Shown: positions 47,502 to 56,255 of the stretch, one piece after another
Position numbering within the stretch: position 1 is the first letter of the stretch
Layout: every line of letters starts with the position of its first letter
Virus record (IMG/VR): IMGVR_UViG_3300031857_000002
Location: 248,001 to 312,000 of that record
Reading direction: 5' to 3' (one strand)
Length of the DNA stretch: 64,000 bases
Program-made: the position numbers and the translations under genes
The notes under the pieces: model-generated
Told to the model about the DNA's origin: nothing
Seen by the model: the letters and a program-made list of their open reading frames with translations, nothing else
The model's database searches: none

Positions 47502-47555
47502 CTCCTTTTAGTTACTATACAAGTATTATAGCAAAATGGGATTTATTGGTCAACC
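47502..47555 (-). repeat. promoter-leader repeat copy 5
   Basis: TTGACC (47548-53)-17-TATAAT (47525-30) with same leader. Confidence 0.92.
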
Positions 47556-47825
47556 GAATTCGTACATGTATTGAGCCACTGTAGGATCCAGTTTCACAAG
47601 GTCTTTTGCGGCCGCTGTGAGTTCACGGTAGCGTCTGTTAACTTCTGCACGTGGCAGTTCGCCATCACATGAAAGATTCTCAGGGCTCAGATCCGAATCA
47701 ATCATTTCAGCCACACGTTTACGACCTGCGGCAGTTTGAATTTCATAAACGGGTTCTGTACGTTGGCCGCGGAACAGGGCGGCATAACGGTTTTTGTTGT
47801 CAATAAAAGTGGTAAGTGCTCGCAT
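47550..47825 (-). CDS. hypothetical early protein
   Basis: LSPENLSCDGE motif; single-gene cassette. Confidence 0.8.
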   Translation of the reverse strand: MRALTTFIDNKNRYAALFRGQRTEPVYEIQTAAGRKRVAEMIDSDLSPENLSCDGELPRAEVNRRYRELTAAAKDLVKLDPTVAQYMYEFG

Positions 47826-47831
47826 TGCTAA

Positions 47832-47886
47832 CTCCTTTTTAATTACTATACAAGTATTATAGCAAAATGGGATTTATTGGTCAACC
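47832..47886 (-). repeat. promoter-leader repeat copy 6
   Basis: TTGACC (47879-84)-17-TATAAT (47856-61) with same leader. Confidence 0.92.
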
Positions 47887-47930
47887 AAAAAAATGTGGCA
47901 AAAAAGCCACACTTTTAAGTGATTTTGTGC

Positions 47931-49085
47931 TTACATTGCACCGCCGCCACCACCACCACCACCTCCGCCTCCGTCGCCACCTCCGCCGTCGCCACCGCCC
48001 CCTGCACCATCACCGTTTGCGCCGCCGGCGTCAGTCCCGCCACCAAAGTCTGTGGCACCGTTTAATACTTGGAATGATTTTGTAAATGGTGTGATACTGG
48101 CAAAGGTAACAGTAAATTCCCAATCGCCAGCTTGAAGGGCAGTTCCTGCCACTGTGTCTTGGCCATTGGCATCAGTTGTACTTGACCCTGAGGCCCAGGG
48201 TAATGTGTAGGTGTACGCAGTAGACGGAGGACCGTTCACTACCAGTTGTAAAGTCTGGCCTTGATACACAATATCAATGTTGCCTGTAACAATGCCGGTG
48301 TACCAACCTGTTTGTTCCACTGCGGCTGTGACTGCGACCACTGCTGGTATCACATTCACTGTGGTTGAGGCTGAAACAAACTCTGGATTTACTGTTGTTT
48401 GACCAGCACTAAAAGTTAATGTAGCTGTGCCTGCGGCGCCCAAGTATGAACCTGGAATACGATACACACTACCAAGCCAGTTTGATGCACCATCACCAGC
48501 AGCCCATTCACTACCGGTTCCACCATACACAGTTCCACCAATAGTGCTGGTTAATGTAAACACTGTTGGGTCATAACCTGCCAGTGACACACTGGGTCTT
48601 ATTCGCAAATTAACATAAAAATCAGTATTGATCAACAACTCAGTTACAGGCGCTTGTGGGTCATATCCTAATGGTAATACGCTGTTTGATGCATATAGAT
48701 TTAGAACCGCAATTTTAACTGCAGGAGCCTCTACAGTTGGCTGAACATACGGATCTTGAGCTTTTGCTCTTGCAGTGCCTTCAACTCCGCAGGAATAGTC
48801 AGTAGAATTTGCGTTACCTGGTACTTGAAGTTCTGGCGGTGGTGGCAATGTAATTTTGGGATATTGTTGATTGACCAATAGTCTTGTGACTTCAACTGGC
48901 CGGGCTGCAAGAGTAGTACCAGTCACGGCTGTTAAAGCAGTGGATATTGCACCTAGTACCCTAGCCCCGCCAACTCCCGACGTTATGTCACCAACTTGTG
49001 CACCAATTCTAGCCACAGGAAATCCTGTAGTATTGTCAGACTCGGGCCATACACTGGGTACAATATTATCGTGCTTGATACTCAT
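47931..49085 (-). CDS. putative virion protein with Ig-like beta domains and Gly-rich tail
   Basis: Thr/Val/Gly-rich; poly-Gly C-terminus; in the PAAR operon. Confidence 0.65.
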   Translation of the reverse strand: MSIKHDNIVPSVWPESDNTTGFPVARIGAQVGDITSGVGGARVLGAISTALTAVTGTTLAARPVEVTRLLVNQQYPKITLPPPPELQVPGNANSTDYSCGVEGTARAKAQDPYVQPTVEAPAVKIAVLNLYASNSVLPLGYDPQAPVTELLINTDFYVNLRIRPSVSLAGYDPTVFTLTSTIGGTVYGGTGSEWAAGDGASNWLGSVYRIPGSYLGAAGTATLTFSAGQTTVNPEFVSASTTVNVIPAVVAVTAAVEQTGWYTGIVTGNIDIVYQGQTLQLVVNGPPSTAYTYTLPWASGSSTTDANGQDTVAGTALQAGDWEFTVTFASITPFTKSFQVLNGATDFGGGTDAGGANGDGAGGGGDGGGGDGGGGGGGGGGGAM

Positions 49086-49765
49086 GCTTTGTCCATTATT
49101 GAGTTGTTACGACCTTCTCTTAACGCACCAAGCACAGCTTGACCTGATTGCGTGTCAGCATCTGCTACTGCAATCAAGAAAGAATTCTGTCCACCAATCT
49201 CACGATCTAGGCCTGCATATTGCAGTCCACTCATAAAGCTCATTGTGGCCTGTTGTCCACCTGGTACCAAGTTGGCAAAATCTAGGCCGGCACGAACTTG
49301 GTTGTCGTATTCATATTCATACTGAGCACAGATTGAATTAAAACTGTTGTTCAATGATGTGGTATGAGCAGGATAGGCCGCAATCAATGCAGAAATTGCT
49401 GTGTTGGCCGCTGGTATTAACCCTGTGGTAAATGCATCATCACCTGACGCATACACGCCGGCTGCAGGGCCGCTGGGGATTGTTATTGGTCCTGCATTAG
49501 GACCATATGTTCCAGACACTGTGGCCAGCATGTCTGCGTAGATGCCGGTCAAGGTTGCGACATTCATGTTGGCAATAACAGCTGACGTATTTTCTAATGC
49601 ATTCTGTGTTTTTGTACCAACAGCAGAGCCCAAAAAGTCCTGCATGGTAAATGTGCCAAACTCGCCTGTGCCATTGGCAAATGTGTTTTTGTAGTAACTG
49701 GTCACTGTGTCTGGCACAGGCTTGGTTACATTTTCAACTAGATCAAGACCTTTGAGTGTTTCCAT
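49082..49765 (-). CDS. putative virion structural protein
   Basis: Composition and position in the PAAR operon. Confidence 0.65.
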   Translation of the reverse strand: METLKGLDLVENVTKPVPDTVTSYYKNTFANGTGEFGTFTMQDFLGSAVGTKTQNALENTSAVIANMNVATLTGIYADMLATVSGTYGPNAGPITIPSGPAAGVYASGDDAFTTGLIPAANTAISALIAAYPAHTTSLNNSFNSICAQYEYEYDNQVRAGLDFANLVPGGQQATMSFMSGLQYAGLDREIGGQNSFLIAVADADTQSGQAVLGALREGRNNSIMDKA

Positions 49766-49767
49766 GA

Positions 49768-50973
49768 TTATCCTAACAATGCGGCTGCCAATTGCGGTGC
49801 AGTAACAGTAGAGATTCCAGTGACTTGTTGAAGACTGGACTGGAATGCTTTGTTTGCTACTGCTTGATCTGGCGGAATAATCTTTGCCAATTCGTCGCAG
49901 CCAGCAGGCAAGGTAATAGCTGTGCTGTCATTGAGTGCTGCCTGAATAGCAGGATTCACAGCGCCATCAGGTTCAAAAATCAATATGCTGGTACTACCCG
50001 GGGACGGTGGTGTGTTTGGATCAATCACTGTGCTAGGTGCTGTGGATATCACAGTCATGCTGGGCCAACTGGTTGGGAATATTTTTTTCAAGTCCAGCAA
50101 GTCACCTAGATTTGCAATATTTGGTATCACAGCATCTAGTATGTCCAGAGCATAGGTCAAACAGTCGCCATCAATGGCCACCATGGCAGCATAGGCTCGT
50201 TTCTGCAGTGTGTTAAATTCATTTTCAGTAGGGGTACGTTCACTGGCTTCAGGGGTGGCCAACAGAATAATATCACTTTGTGTTAGACCAAACTCTGCTA
50301 ATTTAGTAGCAATACAACTCAGTGTACCTGATGTGATGCCTGCTTGTTCGCTGATTTGTTGTAGTACACTTGCTGGTGTGCCAAAGTCTGCTAACTTGCC
50401 TAGGTTCAGTAGGTTACCACTCTTGGCAATATCTGCACCAAAACATTTCAGTGCCAAGTTGGCCGCAGTAAGTTGTCCTGTAATTAGATCATTCATTGTG
50501 GTAAATGTAGGACCAAGATATGTTGTGGCATTGACTGCACTGCATATTAAATCGTTTGCACTTTGTCTATATCCTGCCGCAATTTGAAATATCTGACAAA
50601 ACTTGTCTACACTGCCATCACCAAGATACATGGCAGCATTGTTGGCCACCAGATTGCCAAAGCCGCCCGGTTCGCTCACAGGTAACAGCACATTCATGCC
50701 AGCATATGATCCAGGCACACTGGATCCCAGGGCAGGACATGCGTTGCTGGCCAAGGTCTTTAGTGTGGTTACAATGTTGGCGCTGATGCCAAAACCAGGT
50801 GCGGCAGCAATAGCACCGTTCAAATTAGAAACAAAAGTAATTGAATTATAAGAGCTTACTGCATTGGTCAATGTGGCAGGAACTGCAATGCCTTGATTGT
50901 TCAGCAGGCCAGCGCCCGCAATCAATTGCAAAGGAGTGTATGTTCCCGGCGTTGAAAATCCTGCGCCGGCCAT
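49768..50973 (-). CDS. putative virion structural protein
   Basis: Directly downstream of the PAAR gene; Ala/Thr/Gly-rich. Confidence 0.65.
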   Translation of the reverse strand: MAGAGFSTPGTYTPLQLIAGAGLLNNQGIAVPATLTNAVSSYNSITFVSNLNGAIAAAPGFGISANIVTTLKTLASNACPALGSSVPGSYAGMNVLLPVSEPGGFGNLVANNAAMYLGDGSVDKFCQIFQIAAGYRQSANDLICSAVNATTYLGPTFTTMNDLITGQLTAANLALKCFGADIAKSGNLLNLGKLADFGTPASVLQQISEQAGITSGTLSCIATKLAEFGLTQSDIILLATPEASERTPTENEFNTLQKRAYAAMVAIDGDCLTYALDILDAVIPNIANLGDLLDLKKIFPTSWPSMTVISTAPSTVIDPNTPPSPGSTSILIFEPDGAVNPAIQAALNDSTAITLPAGCDELAKIIPPDQAVANKAFQSSLQQVTGISTVTAPQLAAALLG

Positions 50974-51239
50974 TATCCTGCCCTTACATTGCTACTGCCG
51001 CCGGTGCGGGTGTGACCACAGGTGTCAGCATCACCTGTGACACTGATGGGTTTGCCTGCTACTCGCACAGTGCTTACTCCACCTGCAGTTTGTGGGCCTG
51101 CATGTGATTTTTTACCATGGAAACTAACAGCCAAACCAATCACAGCCGTGGGCTTGTTGTTGGTACGCACTGAGCCAATGCCCGATGTTACTACACCACC
51201 GCCTGAATCTGAATCACCTTGTCTCTGTACTGCTGGCAT
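50973..51239 (-). CDS. PAAR-domain baseplate spike tip protein
   Basis: PAVQRQGD, PTAVIG, PISVTGD..CGH...GS.NV; His/Cys metal ligands. Confidence 0.85.
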   Translation of the reverse strand: MPAVQRQGDSDSGGGVVTSGIGSVRTNNKPTAVIGLAVSFHGKKSHAGPQTAGGVSTVRVAGKPISVTGDADTCGHTRTGGSSNVRAG

Positions 51240-51240
51240 G

Positions 51241-51549
51241 TTATCCTAGTATGAGTTTTTTCTCTGGTACTTTGATACCAGTTGTTGCTTCTAGATATTT
51301 CATCTTGACCGAGTCATCAGTCTTAGATACCAAAGAAACGCTGTTAGTATTTAACCGAATTTCTTCCTTGGGATCTGCAGTAAACAAGCTGGGCACAAGT
51401 CCCATGCCCTGTGGTCCTGGGGCAATACTCACTGGTTCTTCCAAGACGATCCAGTCCCCGCCAGATTGTTTGACTTTGGCTACCATTTCCTCGCCAGAAT
51501 TCATTTTGAATGTGTATACTTGATTGTGTTCGAGTGCTAGTTGTGTCAT
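51241..51549 (-). CDS. conserved phage protein (Sm-like fold probable)
   Basis: TFKMNSGEEMVAKV...Y...TTGI. Confidence 0.7.
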   Translation of the reverse strand: MTQLALEHNQVYTFKMNSGEEMVAKVKQSGGDWIVLEEPVSIAPGPQGMGLVPSLFTADPKEEIRLNTNSVSLVSKTDDSVKMKYLEATTGIKVPEKKLILG

Positions 51550-51779
51550 TAGACGCTTTCTGTTAGTTTAGCTTTAAGTTCTGTAAATCCACCCACAAGT
51601 TCTCCGTCAAGGATAATCTGTGGTACTGTTCTGGCTGTAGGGATTGCTTCTAACAATTCTTCTTTGGTATACCCGTCTCCGATCTTGCGTTCTTCAAACG
51701 GGATACCTTTTTGTTTTAATAGTGCCTTTGCTTGATCGCAGTAAGGGCAGTGGTACTTGCTCCACAAGATTGCTGTCAT
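51549..51779 (-). CDS. glutaredoxin
   Basis: CPYC, TVPQI, VGGF. Confidence 0.95.
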   Translation of the reverse strand: MTAILWSKYHCPYCDQAKALLKQKGIPFEERKIGDGYTKEELLEAIPTARTVPQIILDGELVGGFTELKAKLTESV

Positions 51780-51780
51780 T

Positions 51781-52215
51781 TTATTTTCCTAATAGTTTCA
51801 TCATTGTACGTACATGTACACGATCTTTTTCTTTTTCATCTTCGGGCAATTGATCATAGGGCACATGTTGTGCCGCATTATAGTCGGCCTTGGGATTGCG
51901 CTTCATCCATTCAATGTGAATGTACTCTGCGGCTTTTTCCATGTCAGTAGAAAATTTGGACACAGCGTCGGCGGCTGCTTTACCTGCGGCCAAGTTTTCC
52001 CTTTGCCAGTCCGGGTGAATCTTATCAAATGGTTGGTTGATATCGCCTTCAGATCCGTCGCTGTTCTTTTTGATCCTGGGCTTTGTTCCTGTAGGATCAA
52101 AATTACGACGCCATTCTTCGTGTGCTGAACTGGCAAATTGTGTGATAGGATCTTCGTTGATTTGCATCATCTCGTTAATTTTGTCTAAATGTTTTCTAAT
52201 ATCTTGTTGCATCAT
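51781..52215 (-). CDS. RyR-repeat domain protein
   Basis: Two repeats A...H..W...P(F/Y)D.(I/L); HVPYDQLPEDEKEKDR. Confidence 0.65.
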   Translation of the reverse strand: MMQQDIRKHLDKINEMMQINEDPITQFASSAHEEWRRNFDPTGTKPRIKKNSDGSEGDINQPFDKIHPDWQRENLAAGKAAADAVSKFSTDMEKAAEYIHIEWMKRNPKADYNAAQHVPYDQLPEDEKEKDRVHVRTMMKLLGK

Positions 52216-53312
52216 AATTCTGGTAACTCCTCATAGTCAATGCTGTCGCTCATTATGCCGATAACATAATTAGTCGATTCGTTCTCCTGCAGTGCAGTTT
52301 GTTTCTTGCTGGTGTCAACGTGTTTGTTGAACCAAGGAATAGGGGTACTGCGTGGTGCAGGTTCCAAGTACTTGATACCAATTTCGTTGAGTGCGTTCTT
52401 GGCAGTGAAGTCCACAAAGTCTCTCAAGATGTTGGCATTGAGTCCAATCACAGGACCAAATTTAAACAAGTATTCTGCCCACTCTTTTTCTTCGCGGATC
52501 ACATCCAGGTACAATTGGTACACTTCTGCTTCGCATTCTGCTTTGACGTCAGCAAAGCGAGTATCTTCTTTCACAACCTGATTGATCAAAAATGCAGTCC
52601 ACTCTTTGTGTAGCAGTTCATCTTGCAAGATTAGTTGAATGATGTTGCCGTTGCCAATGAAGATCTTGTTCTCAACCATGGCCAATGAGGTTGCAAATGA
52701 TACCATAAAGCGGAATGCTTCCAATGCGTAACTAGCATGTAGAGCCATGTAAATTGCTTTGACGTGGTCTTGTTCAGTGACTGCTTCACCTAGTTGTTTG
52801 CGGCAGTTGACCACATGTAGTTCTTCATAGTAGTTGCCCACACTTGATGCCATATCTACAATTTCTTTAGTGTCGTGGATGGTGTTGAACACATCCTTGG
52901 GTACATTGTAGATGTTGCGAATGATGTGACTGTAACTTCTTGAGTGAATGTTGGTTTCAAAGAATGTCCAGTTATACACTAAAGCTTCTAGTTCTGGTAG
53001 GCTTACTACAGGAGTAAAGATTTGACTTGGGCCACGACCTTGCAAACTATCTAGTGCTGTTTGGCGTAACAGGTTTGATGTAAAGATATGCTTGACAGTA
53101 TCTGACGCATCTTTAAAGTCTTGTGAGTCTTTGGTCAATGAGATCTCTTCTGGCACCCAAAAGAATCCACGTGCCTCTTGCTCATACTTGGCAATCTTGT
53201 TGTACTTGACTTCTTCAAATCTTTGAATGGTCACAGGACCTGCTGGGTCCAGAAACATCTTGCGGTTCAAATAATCTGTTTTTGTTTTTAAATTGTATTG
53301 TTGTTTACTCAT
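52212..53312 (-). CDS. nrdB: ribonucleotide reductase class Ia beta subunit
   Basis: FFWVPEEI, LDSLQGR, ETNIHSRSY (radical Tyr), LEAFRF, DELLH. Confidence 0.96.
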   Translation of the reverse strand: MSKQQYNLKTKTDYLNRKMFLDPAGPVTIQRFEEVKYNKIAKYEQEARGFFWVPEEISLTKDSQDFKDASDTVKHIFTSNLLRQTALDSLQGRGPSQIFTPVVSLPELEALVYNWTFFETNIHSRSYSHIIRNIYNVPKDVFNTIHDTKEIVDMASSVGNYYEELHVVNCRKQLGEAVTEQDHVKAIYMALHASYALEAFRFMVSFATSLAMVENKIFIGNGNIIQLILQDELLHKEWTAFLINQVVKEDTRFADVKAECEAEVYQLYLDVIREEKEWAEYLFKFGPVIGLNANILRDFVDFTAKNALNEIGIKYLEPAPRSTPIPWFNKHVDTSKKQTALQENESTNYVIGIMSDSIDYEELPEL

Positions 53313-53315
53313 ATA

Positions 53316-53507
53316 TTACCAATGTCTGATTGTGTTGGCTATAATAAAGCCACAAGTTATAACGTGTATTATAACCCAAAACGTCTTGAAGAACAAGGCT
53401 ATGCGAGCTTCTCGAAGAGTCAAGATAGGCACATCTGGACGATCATGATCTGACTCGCCCATCAGGTGCCCAGTGGCTCTGGCCCATATCTTTTCTATAC
53501 TGTTCAC
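53316..53507 (-). CDS. small membrane protein
   Basis: IWARATG...hydrophobic C-terminus ending IRHW. Confidence 0.7.
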   Translation of the reverse strand: MNSIEKIWARATGHLMGESDHDRPDVPILTLREARIALFFKTFWVIIHVITCGFIIANTIRHW

Positions 53508-55822
53508 AGTTTACAGCTTTCACAGTCTTCCTCAAGATCAAAATCAATTTCCTCCAAAGGAGCTGCCTCGTCGGCCTTTTGTTTTGATCCTGCTTTGTTG
53601 ATTAGACTGTAGTAGAATGTTTTCAATCCCCAGTAATGTGCCTGCATCAAGTTCTTGGCAATCAATGTGGTGGGCACTTTACGGTCAGCAAAGTGTGCGG
53701 GATTGTAAAATGTGTTTGTGCTGATTGACTGATCAATGTAGGCAGCCAATACTGCGGCAGTCTTCAAGTAGCCGTCACAGTCCTTCTGTGCCCACATCTG
53801 TTGATATTTGTTTTTCAACTTGTGATACTCAGGCACAACTTGTGTGAGCGAACCTGCCTTGGATTCTTTTACAGAGATCAAACTCATGGGCATTTCAATA
53901 CCGTTGGTTGAGTTGATCACCACTGAGCTGGACTCCACAGGAGCAATGGCCATTTGGGTGGCATTGCGTACTCCATAGCTACGCATTTCAGCACGTAGCC
54001 CTTCCCAGTTCAGTTCAGGTGTGAAGTCTGTGAGTTCGTTCACCCCCTTGGCACGTAGTTCCCAGGGAAAAATGCCTTTGCCGTAGCGTGTTCGGTCTGA
54101 GTCCGCACAACGACCACGTTCCTTGGCCAGTTCAACTGAGGCTTCTGTCAGGTAGTAGGCCTGGTGTTCCATCCACGTCTTGACGTCAGCCAGGGCGTCT
54201 CGCTCTCCGTATTTGAATCCACGCTTGGCGTGCCAATAGGCAAGGTTGGTGACTCCAATTCCAAGCGGTCTGATTTCGTCATTGGATAGTTTAGACTGGA
54301 TGGAAAGAAAGTCTTGATAATCAAGAATGTTGTTGAGGCTACGATGCAGTATGCGACAAGCACGGCGCATGTCTTCTGGGTTACGGAACGCACCCCAATT
54401 GATTGAGCCCAGAGTGCAAAGTGCGATACGACCATCGCTGTCATCCAGACGTTTAAAGGATTTAGTAGGTAAAAGTATTTCACAGCAAAGATTACTCTGG
54501 TAAATGGTATGATACTCAGGATCAAAAGGTCCTTGGTTCATCACATTGTCAATGAACACTAGATAGATACGACCAGTGTCTGTTCGTTCCTTGAGTATGC
54601 CTGATTTGAACACTTCTTCAGCACTCATGGTCTTTGTTCTCAAGTCTTTGCGTTTTTCATATTCGCAATAGAGCTGTTCAAACCGTTGTGTGTTTTGATA
54701 AAATGCTTCGTACAGGTCTGGTACTTCGTTTGGGTCAAAGAAAGTTATGTTTTCTTTGTTCTTGAATCGTCTCCAGAAGAAAGCACTAAGCACAACCCCA
54801 TAATCCATATGACGGACTCGGGTTTCTTCTGTTCCTTGGTTGTTCTTAAGAACAATAAGATCATCAAACTGATGATGCCAAATAGGATAAAATACAGTAG
54901 CACTTGCATTACGAATACCTCCTTGTGAGCATGAGCGCAAATCTCCAAACCATTTCTTCAAGAATGGTATCATGCCTGTATGCTGGATCTCACCACCACG
55001 GATGGGTGAACCTAATGAGCGCAGTCGTCCAATTTCTAAACCAATGCCTGCACGTTTGCTGGCATACTTGGCCATCATTTCTCCGGACGCGAAAATACTG
55101 TCCAAATCATCATCCGAGCGAATAAGCACACAACTACTAAACTGTTTAGTAGGAGTACCAAGCCCTGCCAACACTGGCGTGGCCAATGTGAAAAGCCCGT
55201 CGCTGGCTGCTGTGTAATACTCTTTGATGTAGCGCATTCTCGCTGAGTTCGGTTCTTCTGAGTGAAATACAGTAGCGGCCGCGACCATGTATCTAATTTG
55301 TGGAGTTTCATATATTTGTTTGGTACTACGGTTCTTGACCAAGTACTTCTCTATCAGTTGTTCAATTGCCGCATATGAATAGGTTTCATCTTTTGAGTGA
55401 TCCAACATGTCATTCATGCGGTTCCAGTCATCCTCTGTGTACCATTCCAGTAATTCTGGAGTGTATAGGCCAGTGTCTACATTGGTCTTTACAATTTCAT
55501 ACAAGTGTGGTGGAGTATATGAACCATATACATCTTTACGCAACATGCTGAGTCGTTGCTTGCCTGCTACGAATTGATAATTGGTGTGACCCACATCAGG
55601 ATTTGACTCTACGTCAATAAGGTCAACTATGGCACGTAAGGTAATTTCATCAATTTCCTTGGTGGTAATTCCATCGTAAAAATGCAACTGTGCCTTGATC
55701 TCTACCATGCTCTGGCTCACGTCTGCAATGCCTGCGCATATTTTGGCAATTTGTGTCTGCCACTTTTCCAATGCCAATGGCTCCCGCTGCCCTGAGCGTT
55801 TTACAACTGTTATTATTTTCAT
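53504..55822 (-). CDS. nrdA: ribonucleotide reductase class Ia alpha subunit
   Basis: ATP cone (VVKRSG), QFSSC, SNLCCEI, KTFYY, C-terminal CESC. Confidence 0.97.
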   Translation of the reverse strand: MKIITVVKRSGQREPLALEKWQTQIAKICAGIADVSQSMVEIKAQLHFYDGITTKEIDEITLRAIVDLIDVESNPDVGHTNYQFVAGKQRLSMLRKDVYGSYTPPHLYEIVKTNVDTGLYTPELLEWYTEDDWNRMNDMLDHSKDETYSYAAIEQLIEKYLVKNRSTKQIYETPQIRYMVAAATVFHSEEPNSARMRYIKEYYTAASDGLFTLATPVLAGLGTPTKQFSSCVLIRSDDDLDSIFASGEMMAKYASKRAGIGLEIGRLRSLGSPIRGGEIQHTGMIPFLKKWFGDLRSCSQGGIRNASATVFYPIWHHQFDDLIVLKNNQGTEETRVRHMDYGVVLSAFFWRRFKNKENITFFDPNEVPDLYEAFYQNTQRFEQLYCEYEKRKDLRTKTMSAEEVFKSGILKERTDTGRIYLVFIDNVMNQGPFDPEYHTIYQSNLCCEILLPTKSFKRLDDSDGRIALCTLGSINWGAFRNPEDMRRACRILHRSLNNILDYQDFLSIQSKLSNDEIRPLGIGVTNLAYWHAKRGFKYGERDALADVKTWMEHQAYYLTEASVELAKERGRCADSDRTRYGKGIFPWELRAKGVNELTDFTPELNWEGLRAEMRSYGVRNATQMAIAPVESSSVVINSTNGIEMPMSLISVKESKAGSLTQVVPEYHKLKNKYQQMWAQKDCDGYLKTAAVLAAYIDQSISTNTFYNPAHFADRKVPTTLIAKNLMQAHYWGLKTFYYSLINKAGSKQKADEAAPLEEIDFDLEEDCESCKL

Positions 55823-55829
55823 TCTACTC

Positions 55830-56255
55830 CTACTTTATTTGTAGTTTTATTTGGTTTTGTGTTATCTGATGTCGAGTCTTTTTGAGACTCAGGTTGATAT
55901 TTACGACAGTGTCTCGGTCCCAATTCAATATATATTTTCCCTGGTTCACTTGGACTAAATTGTCGCTATCCACCTCTACAAGCACCGCATCTTGTAGGTC
56001 GGGTCTATCAAGTATTGTTATAGTATACAGGATTCCAAGGCCGCGAGCAAGGCCACAATACAAGTTGTCATCCAGTAATTGCCAGGGATCTGGCCAATTT
56101 GCACGGTCGTCCCAGTGTAGGTGATATGGCGTCCAGGGTGCGTCAAACCACCATGAATTGATGGCTGAGAGAGTTGCATCAGTGTCCAGGGATTCACACT
56201 GGCGACGAAGATTGGACCAACTTGCTAGTCGGTCACTAAAGGTTTTATGCCACAT
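55830..56255 (-). CDS. conserved phage hypothetical protein
   Basis: WPDPWQLL...YC...LG..YT. Confidence 0.75.
   Translation of the reverse strand: MWHKTFSDRLASWSNLRRQCESLDTDATLSAINSWWFDAPWTPYHLHWDDRANWPDPWQLLDDNLYCGLARGLGILYTITILDRPDLQDAVLVEVDSDNLVQVNQGKYILNWDRDTVVNINLSLKKTRHQITQNQIKLQIK

Noticed and set aside
47051-47886. Tandem ~52-bp repeats as a CRISPR array or integron attC sites
   Set aside because: The spacers are whole genes of about 280-400 bp, the repeats are non-palindromic promoter/RBS units, and no cas or integrase gene is present.
47931-48045. GC-rich CCG/CCA microsatellite
   Set aside because: It is the in-frame poly-Gly tail of 47931..49085.
50973-51239. Type VI secretion locus
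   Set aside because: PAAR stands alone among phage structural genes, with no Tss components.
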